A stretch of 64,000 nucleotides of DNA. Origin: an uncultured Bacteroidales bacterium (GTDB lineage: Bacteria; Bacteroidota; Bacteroidia; Bacteroidales; UBA932). The first letter of the stretch is position 1; every line of letters begins with the position of its first letter. The translations under genes were made by a program, and so were the position numbers. This document shows, one piece after another, positions 1-6,270 of this stretch. The stretch spans positions 53,855 to 117,854 of the forward strand of contig CAMVOD010000002.1 of the NCBI GenBank assembly GCA_947169015.1, in the 5' to 3' direction. The notes below the pieces were generated by a model. That model had not been told where the DNA came from and searched no databases. It worked only from the letters and a program-made list of their open reading frames with translations.

Positions 1-92
1 AAAAATAATAATTGTTTTTTTTAATTACAACTACTAATAGCCGAGATAAACACTCTGAGTAAAAAGAATAGGGCAAGAAGTAGCATAGTGTG

Positions 93-248
93 CCAACCCG
101 AAATTCACAAAGCAGGCGAGACCCTTCTGTAGTTGCATGGGGAGGGCATGCTCCTGCTTTGTGCGACAATTTTGCCGCAGAAAGCAACTCAAACCCTTCG
201 ACAGAGGCCTCTGGCGGGGTGTAATCTGCTTTGTGAATTTCAGGTTGG
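93..248. other. 156-bp element closed by a 23-bp inverted repeat; candidate structured small RNA or MITE-like element
   Basis: 93-115 CCAACCCGAAATTCACAAAGCAG and 226-248 CTGCTTTGTGAATTTCAGGTTGG are reverse complements at 22/23 positions. The odd position would be a G:U pair in a minus-strand transcript. An internal CCTGCTTTGTG (153-163) is a perfect alternative partner for 106-116. There is a hairpin GCATG-N7-CATGC at 135-151 and no ORF inside. Confidence 0.4.
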
Positions 249-287
249 AGTATAGTTCGTATTGACAGGGAGTATTGCGGCGCTAAA

Positions 288-548
288 TCAGTCATTCCTC
301 AATATGGGACTCAGACTCTTAGCTTGCATACTATGGAAGCAACATGATAGAACTATTAAGAATTTCTTAATAGTTGACTCTCGAGTTAATTCGTTATCGT
401 CAAAAATGGTTCTCAGATGCTGATTGATAGCAGAGACACTTACCCCATACAATTCCGCCATCATGCGCTGAGTGAGCCAGATAATCTCGTCCTCATACCG
501 CAGTTCTACACTTAGCGGCTGGTTCCCCACAGACGCGACATAAGACAA
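288..548 (-). pseudogene. N-terminal fragment of a RhuM-family (virulence protein RhuM-like) gene, truncated after about 70 homologous residues
   Basis: The translation PLSVELRYEDEIIWLTQRMMAELYGVSVSAINQHLRTIFDDNELTRESTIKKFLIV matches the conserved N-terminal pattern of RhuM proteins, which are normally over 300 aa. Homology stops near 351, where a repeat copy begins. There is no in-frame ATG, and the nearest candidate start is TTG at 548. The upstream part of the 159-aa track ORF looks non-coding. Confidence 0.6.
296..347 (-). repeat. Diverged third copy of the hairpin repeat found at 718-857
   Basis: CCTCAATATGGGACTCAGACTCTTAGCTTGCATACTATGGAAGCAACA aligns with CCGCAATATGCGTCTAAGACCCCTGACTCGCATACTGCGGAAGCAACG (808-855) at roughly 70 percent identity. 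Its stem is degenerate. Confidence 0.6.
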
Positions 549-717
549 GTACTCAGCAGCACTTGAACGTATAGTAATTGCTTCCTTATTGTGCGCTTTG
601 CCATATCCAAATAAGCCTCTCAGGCCACCTTTCAAAGGTAAGGAAAAAAGGCCTGATGGCAACCTCCTTACATACACTATTTTTGGGGCTTGGGGTAGGT
701 CATGTGCAAATCTGACA

Positions 718-857
718 GAAACCCGAAAACCGCTCCGCAATATGCGTCTCAGACCCATAGCTCGCATACTGCGGAGCCAAAACAGGCTCTGAACCCGGAA
801 AACCGCTCCGCAATATGCGTCTAAGACCCCTGACTCGCATACTGCGGAAGCAACGGT
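718..857 (-). repeat. Tandem direct repeat (2 x ~73 bp), each unit carrying a 12-bp-stem hairpin; terminator-like on the minus strand
   Basis: The units start at 718 and 791 (GAAACCCGAAAACCGCTCCGCAATATGCG / GAACCCGGAAAACCGCTCCGCAATATGCG). The hairpins are 735-746/763-774 and 808-819/836-847 (CCGCAATATGCG ... CGCATACTGCGG). The single mismatch is G:U on the minus strand. On the minus strand each hairpin is followed by AGCGGTTTTC. The repeat lies immediately 3' of the kinase gene stop (858). Confidence 0.75.
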
Positions 858-1865
858 CTATTCCTTAATCCCCATGACCTTGCGGATGTCTTTCTTGGCT
901 TGTTTCCAGCGGGGGACGTCGAGTTTCGTGCCGATGACTTCGACCACCTTGGAGGATATTATCGAGGCGACCTTGCCGCAGATGTCCAGAGGCTGGCCGA
1001 GGGAATGGGCGTAGAGGAAGCCGGCGGCATAGAGGTCTCCGGCGCCGGTGGCGTCAGTTGCGACGGCCTTGCGGGGGCGGATCTTGTGATACTCGCTGCC
1101 CGAGCGCACCATCGAGCCTTTCTCGCCCACCTTGACGACCGCTATGTCGCACATCTTCGCTATTTCGGTCAGCGCCCCGGCGGGTTCCTTGCCGGTGAAG
1201 GCGCGGGCCTCGTGCTCGTTAGCGAAAACGATGTCCACGTAATTCTCCACGATGTCGTGCAGGAATGCGCTGTTGGACTCGACGATGTTGTAGCTGGCCA
1301 GGTCCACCGATATAATCATATTTTTCTCACGGCCGATCTCCACCGCCCTGCGGAAGAGCCTCTGGTTCTGCACCAGATATCCTTCCAGATGGAGGTAGTC
1401 ATAGCCGTCGAAGTTGGCGGGGTCGAGGTCTTCCGGCTCCAACTCAAGGGCGGCGCCGAGATATGTGGCGAAGGTCCGCTCGTAGTTCGGCTCGGTGATG
1501 ATGACGATCGCTCGGCCGCTGGGCGCCTTGCCGCGCAGCACCATAGAGTCGATACCGTCCCTGCGCTGCTCCGACTTGAAGAGCGAGCCGATGTCATCCT
1601 TGCCGACCTTGCCGATGAAGCCAGCCTTCATACCGAAGATAGCGGCGGCGGAAAGGGTGTTGGCTGCGCTGCCGCCTGCGACATATTTGATGCCCATATC
1701 TTTGATGGCCTCCCATATCTTGTTGCCGGCTTCAGCATCTACGTGCTGCATACTGCCCTTGGGAAGGTTGAACTGTTGGAGTATCGAGTCGTCCGGCAGG
1801 ATGGCCAGGATGTCGGTGAGGGCATTGCCTATTCCGAGGATGGATTTAACGCTTTTCGATGTCAT
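858..1865 (-). CDS. PfkB-family carbohydrate/adenosine kinase
   Basis: 335-aa ORF with a GIGNALTDIL N-terminus and the PfkB signature DATGAGDLYAAGFL near the C-terminus. Confidence 0.9.
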   Translation of the reverse strand: MTSKSVKSILGIGNALTDILAILPDDSILQQFNLPKGSMQHVDAEAGNKIWEAIKDMGIKYVAGGSAANTLSAAAIFGMKAGFIGKVGKDDIGSLFKSEQRRDGIDSMVLRGKAPSGRAIVIITEPNYERTFATYLGAALELEPEDLDPANFDGYDYLHLEGYLVQNQRLFRRAVEIGREKNMIISVDLASYNIVESNSAFLHDIVENYVDIVFANEHEARAFTGKEPAGALTEIAKMCDIAVVKVGEKGSMVRSGSEYHKIRPRKAVATDATGAGDLYAAGFLYAHSLGQPLDICGKVASIISSKVVEVIGTKLDVPRWKQAKKDIRKVMGIKE

Positions 1866-1895
1866 CGCTGTTTTGTGTGCAGATGTGCTTTCTTA

Positions 1896-1903
1896 CAAAG
1901 TTA
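1896..1903 (-). promoter_or_regulatory. Candidate Bacteroidetes -7 promoter box (TAACTTTG) for the kinase gene
   Basis: TAnnTTTG match on the minus strand, 30 nt upstream of the ATG at 1865. Motif match only. Confidence 0.4.
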
Positions 1904-1914
1904 ATAAAAAATGC

Positions 1915-1922
1915 TACCTTTG
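1915..1922 (+). promoter_or_regulatory. Candidate -7 promoter box (TACCTTTG) for the membrane protein / nucleotidyltransferase pair
   Basis: TAnnTTTG match 23 nt upstream of the ATG at 1946. Motif match only. Confidence 0.4.
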
Positions 1923-1945
1923 AGGGTTGTAACGCAACTAATCTT

Positions 1946-2956
1946 ATGAAGCAGAAGCTCAAGGATATCCTGAAATATACGGCAGCGTTCGCACTGACGG
2001 TGTTCCTGCTCTATTTTGCCTTCAGGGGCCTGGACTGGGACGCCTTTGTCGACGGTCTGCGTAGCTGCAACTACTGGTGGATATTCGCCGCTATGGCCGC
2101 GGGCGTGCTGGGCACGGTGATGCGCGGACTGAGGTGGCGTCTGCTGCTGCTTCCCATCGACCCGTCGGTACGCAGGGTTGACTGCTTCAACGCCTATGCG
2201 GTGTGCTACCTTTCGAACATCGCCGTTCTCCGGAGCGGAGAACTGGTGCGCTGCGGTATGATAGCGAGCAGCAGCAAGGTGCCCTTCAAGGACAGCCTCG
2301 GCAGCGTGATGGTGGAGCGTGCCTGGGACGTAGCCGTGTCGGCGGCCATCATTCTCTGGATGGTGCTGTTCACGCGCTTCGGCGGCTATCTCAACGAGAT
2401 TGTCTGGAAGCCTTTTCTGGACTCCCTGTCGTTCAATTCATTGAGACTGCTGCTTGCCGGCATCGTCCTCCTGTCTGCCGGCGTGTGGCTCATCGTCCAT
2501 TTCAAGGAGAAAATCAAGAGCAGCCGTCTGGGACAGAAGGTCATCTCTTTCTGCCGCGGCATATTCAATGGCATCAAGGCCGCCTTCAAGATGAAGCACG
2601 GCTTTCTGTTCATAGCGTTTACCATCATTGTCCAGGTGCTTTACTGGCTTGAGATAGTCTTTGTGATAAAGGCCTTCCCGGCAGTGTCGCACCTCAGCGG
2701 AATGGATGCAATGTTCATAATGTCACTGGCCCTCATCGGCTGGGCAGTCCCTGTCCAGGGTGGCTTCGGTGCATATCACGTCATCGTGTCGATGGCCCTC
2801 GTTCCGATCTACGGCATCGACCAGAGCACAGCTCTCGTGTTCGCCACCATCTCCCACGAGGCCCAGATAGTCCAGATGATAGTAGTCGGCTTCGCAGCCC
2901 TCGCGCTGGCTCTGTCCCTCAAGAAGAAAAGACAAAACAAAACACAAACTATATGA
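1946..2956 (+). CDS. Polytopic membrane protein, flippase-like / lysylphosphatidylglycerol-synthase TM-region family (UPF0104-like)
   Basis: Start moved to ATG 1946 (MKQKLKDILKYTAAF...), because the track ORF start at 1859 overlaps the divergent kinase gene. Multiple hydrophobic helices are present. The ATGA overlap with the next gene suggests coupling. Confidence 0.6.
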   Translation: MKQKLKDILKYTAAFALTVFLLYFAFRGLDWDAFVDGLRSCNYWWIFAAMAAGVLGTVMRGLRWRLLLLPIDPSVRRVDCFNAYAVCYLSNIAVLRSGELVRCGMIASSSKVPFKDSLGSVMVERAWDVAVSAAIILWMVLFTRFGGYLNEIVWKPFLDSLSFNSLRLLLAGIVLLSAGVWLIVHFKEKIKSSRLGQKVISFCRGIFNGIKAAFKMKHGFLFIAFTIIVQVLYWLEIVFVIKAFPAVSHLSGMDAMFIMSLALIGWAVPVQGGFGAYHVIVSMALVPIYGIDQSTALVFATISHEAQIVQMIVVGFAALALALSLKKKRQNKTQTI

Positions 2957-3861
2957 AACCTACATTATTGATATTAGCTGCAGGAATGGGCTCAAGATAC
3001 GGCTCATTGAAACAGATGGACGGCCTCGGCCCCAACGGTGAAGCCATTATCGACTACTCAATCTTCGACGCCATCCGCGCCGGCTTCGGCAAGGTTGTCT
3101 TCGTGATCCGCCATTCTTTCGCAGACACCTTCAAGGAGCATTTCCGCGCCGAGAAATTCAGCGACGACGTCAAGTTCGAGTTCGTATACCAGGAGCTCGA
3201 CTGCCTGCCCGAAGGCTACACCGTTCCTGAAGGACGCCAGAAACCCTGGGGCACCAACCACGCAGTTATGATGGCTGCCGGAGTCATCAACGAACCTTTT
3301 GCCGTCATCAACTCCGACGACTTCTACGGCCGCTCAAGCTACGAGACAATGGCTGCCTACCTGCGTTCGGTAGAAGGCACCGAAGGTCAGTACGCAATGG
3401 TGGGATATCACCTTGAGAACACCCTCTCAGAGTTCGGCACCGTGTCACGCGGCATCTGCGGCGTCGACAAGGACAACAAGCTCACCACCGTGACGGAGCG
3501 CACCGCAATCGCCCGCAGCGGCGGCGTGGTGTATTACATCGAAGACGACACCAAACACGAGCTCAATCCCGCCAGCTACGTGTCAATGAACTTCTGGGGC
3601 TTCACCCCTGACTATTTCAAGCACTCCGAGCGCATCTTCAAGCAGTTCCTCGACGAGAATATGCACAACCTCAAGGCAGAGTACTTCATCCCCTACATCG
3701 CCGACAAACTGATCCGCGAGAACCTCGCCTCAGTCAAAGTCCTCGACTGCGACGCAAAGTGGTTCGGCGTCACCTACAAGGAAGACCGCCCCTTCACCGT
3801 CGAGAAGATCAACGCCCTCATCGCCGCCGGCGAGTATCCCCAGAAGATCTGGCGCTCATAA
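2953..3861 (+). CDS. Sugar-phosphate nucleotidyltransferase (NTP_transferase family)
   Basis: N-terminal LILAAGMGSRYG nucleotide-binding loop (GxGxR type), 302 aa. Confidence 0.8.
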   Translation: MKPTLLILAAGMGSRYGSLKQMDGLGPNGEAIIDYSIFDAIRAGFGKVVFVIRHSFADTFKEHFRAEKFSDDVKFEFVYQELDCLPEGYTVPEGRQKPWGTNHAVMMAAGVINEPFAVINSDDFYGRSSYETMAAYLRSVEGTEGQYAMVGYHLENTLSEFGTVSRGICGVDKDNKLTTVTERTAIARSGGVVYYIEDDTKHELNPASYVSMNFWGFTPDYFKHSERIFKQFLDENMHNLKAEYFIPYIADKLIRENLASVKVLDCDAKWFGVTYKEDRPFTVEKINALIAAGEYPQKIWRS

Positions 3862-3909
3862 TCCCGCCGGCCGCAGCACGCTCACCCGTCCCGCGGCAGC
3901 GCACAAAAA

Positions 3910-3949
3910 GACCGTCGGTCCCAGGTGGAACCGGCGGTCATTTCTTTTA
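3910..3949 (+). terminator. Rho-independent terminator candidate
   Basis: GACCGTCGG (3910-3918) pairs with CCGGCGGTC (3931-3939) with one G:U pair, followed by ATTTCTTTTAT. Confidence 0.55.
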
Positions 3950-4011
3950 TCAAATCCGAGACAAGTAGCAACCCGGCTTACGGGTAAAAACCATATCATA
4001 AGACAGGTCGC

Positions 4012-4295
4012 AGCGCGTTAACTAAGTGCTGGAGACGGCCCGCTTGGGACAAGACACCACGTATTGTGGAGAGATTCATCTCGTGGATTACGGACGGCGC
4101 GTTTTGGCGTTGGTGGCAGCGAGCCTTTGTGTAGGTAGCCAAGATCCTTGGGGTAGGTGTCAGCGCGTTTTGGGGTAGGTCCGATGGAATGGGCCAGACC
4201 TACACCGCTAGAGTTGCTGCAGGGCAGATTCACGGGGTAGGTCCCAGACCTTTTGTTGGACCTACCCCAGATATGCCAGGGACCTACCCCGCAAC
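4012..4295. repeat. REP-like composite repeat block A
   Basis: Nested hairpins are present. GGGGTAGGTCC 4235-4245 pairs perfectly with GGACCTACCCC 4259-4269. GGGGTAGGTC 4173-4182 pairs with GACCTACACC 4198-4207 with one mismatch. Outer half-sites are GGGGTAGGTG 4151-4160 and GGACCTACCCC 4281-4291. The 5' part (GCGCGTTAACTAAGTG...CTCGTGGATTACGGACG) is shared with block C. Confidence 0.85.
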
Positions 4296-4403
4296 AACAT
4301 AATTCTCTGCTATTACGAGGTGTATTTTGTTGTAAAAAATCAGTTTTTGCTATTTGTTTCTACCGAGATAAAAGATAACTTTGGGAAAAACAAATGGGTA
4401 GAA

Positions 4404-5327
4404 ATGGCAATTGTGAAAGCGATTGTGCGGGAGATGCCAGATGGGTCTGCCCGCCGTGTATTCCCCTTCCATCTCAGTCTGGAGGGGCTCGAAAAAGCGA
4501 TAATCTGTCGCGACGAGGAAGATTACGACATTCTTGTCAAGTACGTCTTTTTGTGCGCTCTCAGCAAGAACGTAGTCGTGGCAACGTATGTGGTCGTATC
4601 CAATCACCTTCACGTCGTTCTTCTGTCTGAAGATGACATCATCGCGAAAGAATATGGCAAAGAAATACGCCGGAGGTATGCTATGTGGTTCAGTCGCAAG
4701 TATAGCGAACGCATTATGTACCATACCAATTGCGTCGATGTGCGCTTGCTGGATACATATTGGTATGTACGTAATGCAATTGCTTACGTTTTCAGAAATG
4801 CTCTCGACAACGGACAGAGAATAGAGTCATATCCCTGGTCCGGATACAGCGCTGTTTTTTGCAACGGCCACAGCAAGGAATCCACAAGACCGGTATCAAC
4901 TCTGACAAAACGTGAGAGGGAGACTATCTTTCACACTAATGATGATTGTTCTTCTACTGGATGGATGATCGATTCCCATTGTTTTCTGGACCCCGTAAGT
5001 GCGTGCGACTGGAAATACATAGAAGATGCTTTTGATAATTCTCAAGCTTTCCTCCTGAAAACAATAGGAGAAGTCAATGTTTCTCAGATGCAGCAAGAGC
5101 TTGTGGATGGGCCAAGAAAAAGAATGCTTGATGGAGAATTTTTCAAGATGATTTCAGCCACGAGCGAGCGATGGTTCTCAAAGCCGATATCGCAGTTGTC
5201 CCTGACAGAGAAAATGAGACTGATCCCGTATGTCTGGCGCACATCCAACACCAGCATCCCCCAACTGGCCCGCGGATTTGGTCTCGAACGCGAGAAGGTA
5301 GCGGATATTATCCATAACAATAGATAA
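4404..5327 (+). CDS. REP-associated tyrosine transposase-like protein (IS200-like Y1 HUH transposase, COG1943 type) with a C-terminal extension
   Basis: Start set at ATG 4404 (MAIVKAIV...). HUH motif in VVVSNHLHVVLL. The Tyr region YVRNAIAYVFRNAL followed by YPWSGY resembles the YIHLNPV...Y.WSSY pattern of this family. The C-terminal ~60 aa (LTEKMRLIPYVWRTSNTSIPQLARGFGLEREKVADII) looks like a helix-turn-helix. Confidence 0.8.
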   Translation: MAIVKAIVREMPDGSARRVFPFHLSLEGLEKAIICRDEEDYDILVKYVFLCALSKNVVVATYVVVSNHLHVVLLSEDDIIAKEYGKEIRRRYAMWFSRKYSERIMYHTNCVDVRLLDTYWYVRNAIAYVFRNALDNGQRIESYPWSGYSAVFCNGHSKESTRPVSTLTKRERETIFHTNDDCSSTGWMIDSHCFLDPVSACDWKYIEDAFDNSQAFLLKTIGEVNVSQMQQELVDGPRKRMLDGEFFKMISATSERWFSKPISQLSLTEKMRLIPYVWRTSNTSIPQLARGFGLEREKVADIIHNNR

Positions 5328-5329
5328 AC

Positions 5330-5500
5330 TTGGGGTAGGTGGCGGCGCGTTTTGGGGTAGGTCCGATGAAATATGCTAGACCTACACCGCTAGAGTTGCT
5401 GAAGGGCCGATTCACGGGGTAGGTCCCAGACCTTTTGCTGGACCTACACCATTTGTGCCCGGGACCTACCCCAGATATACCGGGAACATACCCGAACTAT
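5330..5500. repeat. REP-like composite repeat block B (3' partial copy)
   Basis: TTGGGGTAGGTGGCGGCGCGTTTTGGGGTAGGTCCGATGAAATATGCTAGACCTACACCGCTAGAGTTGCTGAAGGGCCGATTCACGGGGTAGGTCCCAGACCTTTTGCTGGACCTACACC... is colinear with 4148-4295. Confidence 0.85.
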
Positions 5501-5518
5501 GCCGTGGAAATCGTGACG

Positions 5519-5840
5519 GTGCGTTGAGATAAGTCACCACCCACCTTGGAGAGTATCCCTCTCGTGGATTACGGACGACTCATTTTGGCATTGGTGGCGG
5601 CGGACCTTGGCGTTGGTGACCAAGCATCTTGGGGTAGGTGGCGGCGGGCTTTGGGGTAGGTAGCCAAGATTCTTGGGGTAGGTGGCGGCGCGTTTTGGGG
5701 TAGGTCCGATGGAATGGGCCAGACCTACACCGCTAGAGTTACTGCAGGGCAGATTCGCGGGGTAGGTCCCAGGCCTTTTGTTGGACCTACCCCATTTGTG
5801 CCCGGGACCTACCCCAGAAATGCCGGAGACTTACCCCACG
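5519..5840. repeat. REP-like composite repeat block C (full copy with an internal extra GGGGTAGGT unit)
   Basis: Colinear with block A. Hairpins: GGGGTAGGTCC 5697-5707 with its partner, and GGGGTAGGTCC 5759-5769 paired with GGACCTACCCC 5783-5793. Additional GGGGTAGGT half-sites lie at 5631-5690. Confidence 0.85.
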
Positions 5841-6030
5841 AAGATTTATTGACACAGCAAAGCCAACTATCCGGAGTCCGTCGAGCCTATTCGTCCAGGG
5901 AGAGGGGCGTTTCCATGGACGGATGACTTTTGTTCGCCCGTCTTTCCAGCTGCGACTTACAAAAAGAACCGTCGGTTTCGGCTGAAGGGTGTTTCCGCGG
6001 ACGGATGGGGTTTTTTATGATCAATATCTT

Positions 6031-6038
6031 TATATTTG
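6031..6038 (+). promoter_or_regulatory. Candidate -7 promoter box (TATATTTG) for the small-ORF / lipoprotein transcript
   Basis: TAnnTTTG match 82 nt upstream of the small ORF ATG (6121) and 232 nt upstream of the lipoprotein ATG (6271). Confidence 0.4.
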
Positions 6039-6120
6039 TAAAAATAGGACAACTATATAGATAAGATGCAACCCGGTTTTCGGGGCACGCTGGCCATATT
6101 TGTCTAAATATTATTTCAAT

Positions 6121-6261
6121 ATGAATAAACAATGTTACGAGACACCGCAAACGCAGGTGTTTGATGTCGAGATTCAGAATGTAATCTGCGGCAGCGAGAG
6201 AGGAACTACCGAAAGGTACATTGTCGGCGCGAGCTACGGAAACGATGATTTCGAAGAATAG
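6121..6261 (+). CDS. Candidate 46-aa small ORF in the leader of the lipoprotein gene
   Basis: ATG 6121 to TAG 6259-6261. Translation is MNKQCYETPQTQVFDVEIQNVICGSERGTTERYIVGASYGNDDFEE. It ends 9 nt before the lipoprotein ATG and is below the 60-aa track cutoff. No family was recognised with confidence. Confidence 0.25.
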   Translation: MNKQCYETPQTQVFDVEIQNVICGSERGTTERYIVGASYGNDDFEE

Positions 6262-6270
6262 GAGGAAAGA

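Larger units (their letters stand above)
4012..5840 (+). mobile_element. REP/RAYT-like module: HUH Y1 transposase gene flanked by three copies of a composite palindromic repeat block
   Basis: See the component features. Repeat block A lies upstream and blocks B and C downstream of the transposase ORF. The ORF has visibly lower GC and GC3 than the flanking core genes. Confidence 0.7.

Noticed and set aside
93-248. Retron msr-msd interpretation of the inverted-repeat element
   Set aside because: a1/a2-like repeats are present, but there is no long msd-type hairpin and no RT gene on either side within the window. This is kept only as a remote alternative in the finding.
589-792. 67-aa plus-strand ORF and the N-terminal 60 residues of the 159-aa minus-strand ORF (560-767)
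   Set aside because: They span hairpin repeats and a REP-like half-site. They show no homology pattern and a basic, low-complexity translation. Only the 288-548 part shows RhuM-like sequence.
4018-4233. 71-aa ORF (also 5714-5926, 70 aa) inside the REP-like blocks
   Set aside because: The same peptide arises only because the repeat DNA is duplicated. The sequence is dominated by the GGGGTAGGTCC palindromes (P/G/T-rich translation), so it is a repeat artefact rather than a gene.
4012-5840. CRISPR array hypothesis for the regularly recurring GGGGTAGGT motifs
   Set aside because: The repeats are short palindromic half-sites in both orientations with irregular spacing. The intervening sequences are themselves repeated between blocks. 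No cas genes are present and a transposase-like gene sits in the middle.
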